Below, in pieces: positions 25,850-37,688 of a DNA stretch of 64,000 nt. The translations under genes were made by a program, and so were the position numbers. Position 1 is the first letter of the stretch. Each line of letters starts with the position of its first letter. Source of the stretch: the human T2T-CHM13v2.0 reference genome, Homo sapiens; assembly GCF_009914755.1 (NCBI RefSeq), contig NC_060947.1. The stretch is one strand, 5' to 3'. The notes under the pieces are model-generated. The model was given only the letters and a program-made list of their open reading frames with translations. It searched no databases and was not told the DNA's origin.

Positions 25850-26050
25850 AGCATGCTATCAGGAAAATTTGCAGGCACTGCAATCAGACACACTGGGGCT
25901 TTGGAAAATTATCTTTGAGCTTTAGTTTCCATATCCATAAAACTGATACAATTCTACCTTTCTTGGCAGGATTGTTCAAAAAGTTTAAAACATGTAGAAC
26001 ATCTAGCACAAGAACACCAAACACATAGGAGGAGTTTGATAAATTGCAAC
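25850..26050 (+). mobile_element. MIR remnant
   Basis: ctttgagctttagtttccatatccataaaactg...tctacct core. Confidence 0.5.
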
Positions 26051-28040
26051 AATATAACTACGGGGAGTAGAAATTATTCATACTTGCTTTCTGAACAGTC
26101 TACCTACTATTGCCTCATTGTGAAAATTTTATTCTTTTTTCATTTGAAGATAACTAAATTTTTTTTTGTATTACTGCATGAAAATACTAATTCTATTTCT
26201 GGTGAGTAATGAGAATGAGGACAGGTGTAATTCTTCGTTAAAAATATAAATGATAGAGGGGAAAATTGAACTTTACCTAGAGACTGCACACAGCACAGCC
26301 CCAGGAACAACTGTCATTTACTGCCCACTTACCTGTTGGAGGGCATAGAGCCTCAAAGAAAGTTATAGCCTCTTAAGTGCTATCCCTGAAAAGTCCATGT
26401 CTATAAAGTGAGGCTTAAATCAAAGAAATGCCATTTATTTGCTGAATTATGTGTAATGCCAGCTACTATTGAAGTTAATGGATGGGTATAGATTAGTATC
26501 CTACCTGTTACAGACAAGACATTTGCATTTTAACAGGGGTCTCCAGAAAAAAAGCTACCATTCAAAACAGAGATTCTTTTACACTGGGAATTTTCAGTGT
26601 TGTGGCAGGTACATGGGAGAGCAGTTTGGAGACAGGAAGGCTTTCAGATTTTCCTATCCTTGGTGCTCTTGAACACTCTGTCTCTGACTGAGCCTCTTTT
26701 CTCCCGTTAATCCTGGATTTCCCTGACATTGAAATGGGGGAGTGGGTTCTTCTCAAGCTATTTTCTGGCCTGAGATTTTAGATTCTGCAATAGAAATATC
26801 TGAATAACCTGTAGCTTATCACACACACAAAAATTAAAGACAAATTCCCATGAAAAAGTAAGGAAATAAAAAAATTGGGCTTACTGGCCTCTTGATAGTG
26901 ATGAGTATGGTAGCTAAAAGTATTTCCTCTAAAAGCTATTGTTTTTCCTTTAAAAAATCATGCAGCTTTGATGTTCTGGCATGGTCTTCCTTTTCAACAA
27001 AAGTCCCTTTAAAACATAGCACTCTTGATTACACATCCATTTTCAGGTAAGCTGTTGTCTTGATCAATAAATTGATTTTTATTTAAATAAGAAGGAAAAC
27101 CTACTTTTCTGGCAAGGGCATCAATCTGGTTGACCCTTTGAATGTGTTAATTACAATTGTTCAAAGAATTGGAAGCCATAGTTTTAAATATTAGATCAGT
27201 TGATCAATTATAATGCAATTCTTCAGATCACACACTTTTGTTTTGTTTCAAAAAAGCCCATTGCCATTCAAGTTGTCTCTTTATGAGAATTAACATCAAA
27301 CAAATTACCAATGGCTAGCCAATTTAAGAGATTAACATTGCTCAAAAAGAGCCCCCAAATGGCTGTGATTCAGCAGCCTTTATTAGATCTAATTCTTTCC
27401 TCCTTATTTGCCATGACTCATCAGTTTTGATGGGACCAACTCTGTGATCATTTTCATTTTGTTTTGTTCTTTTTTTAAAAAAAATGCATCTGATTTTTAT
27501 TTTAATTTTCCATTGCATGGGATCATATTTATTGAAGAAGGGCTTTTGCTCATTTGTTTGTTTTTTTTTAAAGTATAATTTCTGCTTCAAGGAAACAGTC
27601 GGGTAAATTATACCGAACTACCAAGCAAATAGTATTTTCTCTCATGTACAATGAGTTTTTTAATAAAAGTTAAAAAGGCACTTAGATTGATACATGTTGC
27701 TGCTGCTTATTAAAAAGTGGAACTGTGGAAAACAAACTCTGAGCAAATGGCTGCATTTGTGTAAATTTGCTTTTAAAAATTATTCTGATGTAGTCATTGG
27801 TCTTAGAAATGGAGTCTATACAATGGTGGTATCAAGGATCTATCAGTGCACATATTTTTATTCTCTGGTGCTCTGATGCGTACTGAGAACAATCTGATGC
27901 CATTGGGACTTTGTGTTGCTTATTCCTCCTGGAAATCTCCAAGCCTGAAGTCCTTCCCTGTGATTTAAAAGGCGTTGACTATCCGTTTTTAAAAGGGTAG
28001 GATATGTGAAATCATATTAAATGGGAATATGAGAAGAGAG

Positions 28041-28975
<935 letters not shown>

Positions 28976-29529
28976 AGAACTATATCCAAGAATACTGCAG
29001 CATATCTGCTTTAGCAAGATTGAAATATCTAGGGCATTTCGCCTGATTAAAAAAAACAAAATACATTTGGCATTGGAAACCAATTCGAAGAATATATGCT
29101 ACTTGTCTTAGAGGGGAAGAAAAAGAAATCCTTCTGGTAATTACTGTAGGAGAACTTTAAACTGAATCACTGAAGTAATGAAATGGTTATTATGAGCACT
29201 ATAAGTCTGGGCTGTTATGAAAATGGAATCTTAACGAGTAGAGTGTTTGTGGAGAACAAATCATGCCCGACAATACAAAACTTTACTTTGAAGCAATTAG
29301 AAATTTAGAGGACCAAAGAAAAGAACATCTTTTAAGATCTTAATTCAAATTAGGGTCGCTGCTTTTTCAGCGTTTTCAGAAATTCGGTGTGTATAGAACT
29401 GGAATGCTCCCTGTCTTTTTCCCCTTTCCATACCCTGCCCCCAACAACTCACACTAGGATAGGTCCTTGTTTATGCCCATAATACCTTGTACTTTGTAGC
29501 ACTAAGCACTTTTGTAATTATTACTACCT

Positions 29530-32500
29530 TTAAAAATTAATTATGGTAAAGTATATATGTAAAAGAATGTATAGGGTAGTACAGTTTAAAGAAGGAAAAG
29601 TAAAGTAAAAACCCATGTACCCACCACCCAGATAAAGAAATAGACTAGCACCAGTACTTTTGAAGTCTCCTTCATGCCACTCCCCAAGTACCGCTTCCTG
29701 TCCACCCAGCAGTGGCCATTTCCCTGAATTTCATGTTAAAATTGTCTTGCTGTTTTTTATGGTTTTAATACATAGGTATATATCACTAGAAAATATGCCA
29801 TTTAGTTCTGTCTCTTTGGTCAAGGTTATGTTTTTGGATTCATCCAGGATGATGTATCAAATTAATATATTTAGTCATTCTACAGTTAATAGATGTTTGT
29901 TCCCTATTTGTTCTTTTCTTATGAATAATGGTCTTCTGAGCATTCCTGCTTATCTTATACCTAAGACTGGAATTGCTGGATCATAGACTGGGAACATGTG
30001 CAAGTTAACTAATTAATGCCAAGTAGCGGTGTTCATTTCGGTTCACATCACTGTGGGATGAAACTTTCATCACTCTATACCTCATTGATGCTTGGCATTA
30101 TCCAAATTTTTAATTGTTGCCAATTTAGTGGCATGAAGTGATTTTTCATTGTGGTTTTAATTTTTATTTCCTGGTTACTGATGAGGGTGAGCATCTTTTC
30201 ATATGTTTATTGGTCAGTAGGATTTGTTCCCCTCGGAAATGTCTATTCATGTCTTGTGTGTTTTTCTATCTAGTTGTCATTTTATTGATTTGGAGGATTT
30301 GTGCATATATTCTGGATAATAAGTCCTTGTCTCCTCTATATGTTGCTCATGTCTACTTATGGTTTGTGGTCTATATATTTACTCTCTTTTGGGTGACTTC
30401 TGATAAATAGAAGTTCTTTATTTTACTATAAATGAATTCATCCAAATATTCCTTTATGTTTTATATCTTATTTAAGAAATTCTCCATACCCAAAGTCATA
30501 AAGCTTTTCTCTATTTGCTAAAGGTTTCTGGTCCTTTCAAATTTAAGTCTTTAATACTTAATGTGTGTGTGCACGCACGCTCATGCTTGTGTGTGTATGC
30601 ACATGTGTATGTGGTAGATTTATGCTGTCTCGTCCTCATTTTGTCACTGTGGAAGATTAACCACTGCTTCAATTTTGTTTATATTTATGGGACTATTTAA
30701 AATTTTTAAAACATTAAAAAAACTTGTATTTGAGTATTTTGTTGGGTTGTATTTATGCAAGAATTTGTCAATTTCATCTAATCTATTTCAAACGTTTGCA
30801 TAAAACTGTTCATGAAATGCTCTTATTTCTTTTATCTCTGCAGCACGTTTAAGGCCTTCTTTTTTCCTAATATTTTAAAATTTGTGCTTTCTTATTTGTT
30901 TCCTCTCTTTATTTATATTGTCAGAGATTTGTCTATTTTATAATCTCTCCAAAGGACCCGTTTATAGCTTTGATCCATTTTTGGTTTGTTTTCTATATCA
31001 TTAACTGGGTTTTTTATCCCTTCCCAATTTCAACATATGGGTTTCTGATATTTTCCCCTCTAACTTCTTAATTTTGTTAATTAGCTGAATAAATTAGGTT
31101 GTTCTTTTCTAAGGTAAGCATTTTAGACTGTGAATTTCCTTCTAAATACTACTATATTTCTATCCCTTCAATTTTTACCTTTTCTACACTTTTTAATGAA
31201 GCATAATATACATATAGGATGATGAGCATGTCATACCTTTACAACTAGATGAGTTTTCACAAATTGAACATGCTCATTTAACTATCACCCTAAACTAATC
31301 TCAAAAGTTTTGTTTTGTAGGATTGCCATGTTCATTCCATTCTAAATTATTTTCTTATTTTCATTGTGGTTTCTTTGACATATTGCTTACATGTAATTCA
31401 CAACTTCCAGACATGGTTTTTTTTTTCTGGTTATCCTTGTTACTGATTTTTAAAATAATTGTCCAAAAGCTAAGACATGGGTCAGCAAACTACCGCCCCT
31501 GGGCCATTGTAGTTTTTGTAAAGCTTGGTTAGAAATCAGCCACACTAGTTTGCTTCCTTATTATCTATGGCAACTTTCAGGCTACACCACCAGCAGCACC
31601 AAGTAGTTATAAGAGAGACCATCTGGCCTACAAAGCCTAAAACATCTAATATCTGGCCTTTTATAGAAAAAAATTGCCAACCTCTAGCCTAGGAAAACAA
31701 TGTGTATGATCCTAGCATGGATACATTCAAATTTTCTAAGTGTATTTTCCAATTATTGAGTATGATATTCTATATTTGCTTGATAATTATGATATTCAAG
31801 TTATCTTTATTCCTGAATTTTTTGTCTATTTGACCTATCAATAATTAAGAGAGGTAATATTAATATCTCTCAATGTAATAGAATTGTCAGTTTCTCTTTA
31901 AGGCTCTGTCAATTTTGCTTAATATCTTTTGATGCTCAATTTTAGCCATTATATTATTATTAGGCTAGAATTGTTTTGCCTAAATCATGTGTTGATCTTT
32001 TTATCTTTATGTAGTGAATCTTTTTTAATACCAAGATTGCCTGTTTTTTCCTTAAAGTCTATCTTGTCTGATATTAATGTAGCTATACTCTTAATTTCTA
32101 ATTCTCTGACTTCAGTTTCTATGTTCTTATGTTTTAGCTGTGCTTATATGTACAAGACTTGATTTCAATTCTGTCTGACATACTTCACTTTTTAACAAGC
32201 AAGTACGGTCTATCATATTTATTTTTATTAATGATATACTTTGATTATTTCATCATTTTATTATGCATTTTTGTGTTATTCTTTTTGTTTGGAATGATAT
32301 ATTTTGTCCCCCATTTTCTCAATGCATTTTTGCTCTCCATTAGACTTGAAGCTATGAATTATATCTATTTTGACTGCTAATTCCAGATGTTTTACCATGT
32401 AAATGTTACAAAGTTAATCAACTTCTTGCTATACTACTGCCAAATAACAGAAACCTAGAAGTCTTTCACTCCACTCATCCCTTTCAGCTTATATATCACT

Positions 32501-34150
32501 GTATAGCATTTTAGGTGTATCTTTGTAACTCTACAAATTAGATAGTATTTTTATGTGCTCAATGGTCTATTACACTTCTTTATAAATTTCTTACTACTTT
32601 TTTCTGTGTCTCAGACCTTCCATCACTTTCCTTTTGCCAAATATCTATGCTTTAGAATTTCCTTTAGTGAGAATTTGTTGTGAGTATATTCTATTTTTGT
32701 TTGTCTGCAAATATATTTATTTCACTATATTTTGGAAAGATATTTTTCTAGGTATAGTGCTCTCGGTGGAATTGTTCTTTTCTCTCAGCACTATCTTCTG
32801 GTTTCTGCTGTTGCAGTTGAGAAAACAGTCATCAATCAAATTGCAGTTCTTTGTAGGTGAACGATCTTTTCTTTTTTTTCCCCGTCTTTTGAGATCTTCT
32901 CTTTCTTTTGTTGCTATACATTTCCACTATGATGTGTCTTGTAATGGATTTCTTCTTATTTATTCTGCTTGGAATTCATTAAAACTCCTACATTGTATGA
33001 TTGAGATGTCTTTCAACAATTCTGTAAAACTCTCAATGATTTAGCACTTCAAATATTGCTTCTATCCATTCTTTCTAGTTTCTTCCCATTAAATCTGATT
33101 AGACGAATAAAACCATCTTGCATTATCTACCATGTCTCTTGTCATTTTCATATTTTCAACTCTTTGTCCCGTGGACTGTATCTGGAAGAACTTTATTGGA
33201 TGTCTTTCAGCTCAACAGTTAAATGATATCAAATCCGCTGTTTAATCTGTCTATTAAGGTTTAAAAAAATCTATTAAAATTTTAATTATTACATTTTAAT
33301 TTAAAGATTGTTTTTCAAATCTGTTTCATGATTATTTTGCTGTCTTTCTCCTACCAATACCTTCAAGCTACTCTTCTATATTGTTAAAAATGTTTAATAG
33401 TTATTTTATATTTTGGATCTGCTGATTTTAATATCTGAAGCGGGTCTGATTCTGCTGTCTTATTTCTGCTGACTCTTACTCATGTTGTTTTGTCTATTTT
33501 GTTATTTTTCACTAGATCTCTTGTACCTTGGAACCTTATTTGCTGTCATTCTTTTAGGTCTGGATTAAGATTTAGTTTCTGCAGAAAATATTGATGCTTG
33601 TTCCTATCAGTCACCTAGGAGTACCACCAACCCAGGGTTATTCTTAATTCAAGTTCCAGCTTAAAGCTTTTCATGTCACACAGGTAACATGAATTAGGAA
33701 AGCTCACCCATGTGTGGACAAGCTTTAGGGAACATACTTAAGGGAATTGTTTTATCCTCTATCTAACACTAAGGTCTAGATAGATATTTATTTGTTGACT
33801 CCACTTTTATTGTGGATTCATTTTTTATTCACATTTACACTAAGGGGTATAGCTTCTTAGTGAAAGGGTGGTCTAGTATACTTCCATTACATTGTCTGCC
33901 TTAGATGGATCCTTGTCTTTATCTCCTCTTTACTGTACCACCACAGAATTTCAGCATCTTTTGCTTTTAGCAGAATCCTGAGAGGATAAAGTTGACTTTG
34001 CTGCTTATTTACCTCTTGGGATTTCTGCTTTTACTCAATTTTGCCCTCCGGATTTTTTACTTTCATGCTAGCTCAGTGAAACATTATAAAGCATATTTTC
34101 TTTTTCATAATTTAACTCAGCATTTTAGTCATTTTCATCAGAAGGATTGT
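29530..34150 (-). mobile_element. Highly diverged ancient L1 (L1ME/HAL1-like) fragments
   Basis: T-rich antisense L1 motifs (gagcatcttttcatatgtttattgg; ttgtctgatattaatgtagcta; ctgttgcagttgagaa); fragmented, boundaries approximate. Confidence 0.65.
31476..31687 (+). mobile_element. MER58A hAT MITE
   Basis: gggtcagcaaactac...caaagcctaaaa...tatctggccttttatagaaaaaaattgccaacc. Confidence 0.82.
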
Positions 34151-34307
34151 TCAATATATTTATTATATTTAAGGTCATACAGAGAATGTAATAAATACTT
34201 CCTTCCCCTCCTACTCTGGATTGTAAGTTCCGTGAAAACAGGTGTCACATCCACTGTCACTCCTGCTGTTCATTGCTGTTTTACAGTAAAATTCCTGGCA
34301 CAAAATA

Positions 34308-35293
34308 CAAGAGGACTTCAAAAAGTTCGTGGAATTAAAAGATAAAAATAAAAAATATTAACTTTATTTCTTAACATAACCTATATAGAGTTCAAGACAT
34401 GTGCTCACTTCAGCAGCACCTATACTAAAAAAAAGTTCAAGACACTTTTGTAATTGATGATACCAGCCATTTAGTCCATCCCTAAAGAACTGAGGGTCCT
34501 GGGAATTTAACCATGCCAGTGTAGTCTTTTTTACATTAACTGGAGAAAAGCAAATGTACTTTAAAGATTTTTTAAGATTAGGAAACAAAAAGAAGTTAGA
34601 AGGATCCAAATCAGGACTGTAAGGTGGACGTCTAATGATTTCCTATCAAAACTCTCCCAAAATTGCCTTTGTTTGATGAGAAGAGTGAGTAGAAGCATTG
34701 TCATGTTGCAGAAGGACTCTCCAACGAAGTTTTCCTGGGCGTTTTTCTGCTAAAGCTTTGGCTAACTTTCTCAAAACACTCTTATAGTAAGCAGATGTTA
34801 TTGTTCTTTGGCCCTCCAACAGGCAAAATATTTTGAGCATTCCCAAAAAACTGTTGCCATGACCTTTGCTCTTGACTGGTCCACACCTGCTTTGACTGGA
34901 CCACTTCAACCTCTTGGTAGCCATTGCTTTGATTGTACTGTGTCTTCAAGATGATACTGGTAAAGCCGTGTTTCATTCTCCTGTTATAATTCTTCAAAGA
35001 GACACTTCAGGATCTTGATTCCACTTGTTTAAAATTTTCATTGAAAGCTCTGCTCTTGTCTGCAGCTGATCTGGGTGCAATGGTTTTGCTGCCCACAGAG
35101 TGGAAAGTTTGCTTGACTTTAATTTTTCAGCCAGAATTGTGTAAGTTGAACCAATTGAGATGGTTATGGTGTTGGCTATTGTTTCTGCTGTTAATCATTT
35201 GTCCTCTTCAATTAGGGCATGAACAAGATGAATGTTTGCCTCACAAATTGATGTGGATAGTCTGCCACTATAGGCTTCATCTTCAATATCATC
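34308..35293 (-). mobile_element. HSMAR2 mariner transposon, decayed, 3' portion with one TIR
   Basis: TA at 34306-34307 then TIR-like caagaggacttcaaaaagttcgtggaa; minus-strand ORF pieces carry mariner motifs LLQHDNA and PSNFFLFPNLKKSLK; frameshifted. Confidence 0.9.
34401..34430 (+). pseudogene. 3'-truncated U6 snRNA retrocopy (nt 1-30)
   Basis: gtgctcacttcagcagcacctatactaaaa vs U6 GTGCTCGCTTCGGCAGCACATATACTAAAA (27/30; two differences are CpG decay); TSD AGTTCAAGACA at 34389-34399 and 34434-34444. Confidence 0.88.
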
Positions 35294-35590
35294 TCAAGAA
35301 AGTGAAAGGACAACCTACAGAACGTGAGAAAATATTTGCAAGTCATATATCTGGCAATGGTCTACTACCCAGAATATAAAAAATACTCTTACAACTCAAC
35401 AACAAAACTATAACCTGATGAAAAAATGGGCAAAGGTCTTGAATAGACATTTCTTCAAGGAAGATGTACAAATGACCAACAAACACAAGAAAAGATGCTC
35501 CTTATCATTAATCATTAGGGAAACAAACCAAAATGAAAATGAGGTACTATTTCACACCCACTAGGGGGCCACTATTAAGAACACAAAAAA
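35294..35590 (+). mobile_element. L1MB-type ORF2 3' region, left piece
   Basis: aagaaagtgaaaggacaacctacagaacgtgagaaaatatttgcaa...; ORF shows KKVKGQPTEREKIFASH. Confidence 0.8.
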
Positions 35591-35591
35591 T

Positions 35592-37653
35592 GGAGAGAGG
35601 TGGAGCAAGATGGACAAACAGTAGCCTCCACTGATTGTCTTCCCTGCAGGAACACCAAATATTAACAACTAATTACACAGAAAAAAGCACCGTCATTAGA
35701 ACCAAAAATCAAGAGAGGAGAGTCAAGAGTAAAGAGGACTTTGTCTTGCCTCTTGGATACCAGCTCAGCCATAGTAGGATAGGGCACCAGGGCAGAGTTG
35801 TGAGGCCCCCATTCCAGGCCCTAGTTCCTGGACAACATTTCTAGATACACTCTGGGCCAGAAAGGAACCCGCTGTCCTGAAGGAAGGGACAGAGTCCTGG
35901 CAGGATTTATCACCTGATGACTAAAGAGACCTTGGGCCTTGAATAACCAAGAGTGATACCCAGGTAGTACACAGTGGGCCTTGGGTGAGATGCTGAGACC
36001 TGCTGGCTTCAGATGAGACCCAGCACATTCCAAGCTGTGGTGGCTATGATGAAAGACTCCTTCTTGGGAAAAGCAGAGGAAAAAGTAAAGGGGACTTTGT
36101 TTTGTAACATAGGTACCAGGCGCTGTGAGGAAGAGCACCAAGTGGGCTCTTGTGGTCCCTGAGTATAGGCTTAGGCTCTTAGACATTATTCCTGTCCTGC
36201 TCTGGTCTAAAGGATCCCACTGCCCTGAAGGGTGAGCCCTAGGCCTGACATTATTAACTACAGACTGACTGAAGAGCTCTTAGGTTTTAAGTGAACATTG
36301 GCAGTGGCCTGGTAGAACTCTCTGGGGATGAGTGGTGTTGATGGTTATGGGGAAAGCTCCTCTGCCCATGGAAAGGGAAGGGAAAAGCAGGAAGGACTGT
36401 GTCCTGTGGTTCAAATGCCAGTCTAGCTGCAGTAAAATAGAAGACCAGGTAGTTTTTTAAGGTTTTTTACTCTAATCCCTCATACCCAGACAGCATCTCT
36501 GGACTTGCCTGGGGCCTGGGGGAACTCATCACCCTGAAGGGAGGGACACGAACCTGGCTTGCTTTGCCATCTGCTCATTGTAGAGCCCTAGGGCCTTGAG
36601 CAAACATAGGCAATAGCCAAGTAGTGGTTACAATAGGCCTTGAGCAACACTCAGTACTGTGCTGGCTTCAGGCCTGATGCAGTACAGTCCCAGTGTTGAT
36701 GGCCACAGGGATGCTTGTGTCATGCCACCCCCAGCTCCAGGAGGCTCAGCACAGAGAGAGAAACTCCATTTGTTTGGGAGAAAGTAAGGGGAGAGAACAA
36801 GAATCTCTGCTGGGTAATCCAAAGAATTCTCCCAGATTTTATCCAAAACACATGGAAATTAACCAATATGCTCCTGAATGACCAGTGGGTCAATGATGAA
36901 ATTAAGAAGGAAATTGAAAAATTTCTTGAAACAAATGATAATGGAAACACAACATAACAAAATCTGTGGGATACAGCAAAAGCAGTACTAAGAGAGAAAT
37001 TTATAGCTATAAGTGCCTACATCAAAAAAGAAGAAAGACTTCAAATAAATAACCTAGTGATGCATCTTAAGGAACTAGAAAAGCAAGACAAAACCAAACC
37101 TAAAATTAGTAGAAGAAAAGAAATAAAGTTCACAACAGAAATAAATAAAATTGAAATGAAGAAAACGATATAAAAGACCAACAAAATGAAAAATTGGTTG
37201 CTTAAAAAGATAAGTACAATTGACAAACTTTAGCCAGACAAAGAAAAAGAGAGAAGACCCAAATAAATAAATCAGAGATGAAAAAGGAGACATTACAACT
37301 GATACTGCAGAAATTCAAAAGATCATTAGTGGCTACTATGAGGAACTATATGCCAAATCTAGAGGAAACGGATAAATTTCTAGACACATGCAACATGTCA
37401 ATATTGAACCATCAAGAAACCTAAAACCCAAACAGCCAATAACAAGTGATGTGATCAAAGCCATAATAAAAACTCTCCAAGTAAAGAAAAGCCTGGGAAC
37501 CAATGGCTTCACTGCTGAATTCTACCAAACATTTAAAGAAGAACTAATATCAATTATACTGAAACTAGTCTGAAAAAGAGAGGAGGAGGGCAAACTTCCA
37601 AACCCATTCTATGAGGCCAGTATAATTCTGATACCAAGACCAGGCAAAGACAC

Positions 37654-37688
<35 letters not shown>

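Noticed and set aside
34364-34997. Possible active or domesticated mariner transposase
   Set aside because: Split across frames with stops, N-terminal DNA-binding region and one TIR missing; no splice evidence for a SETMAR-like fusion.
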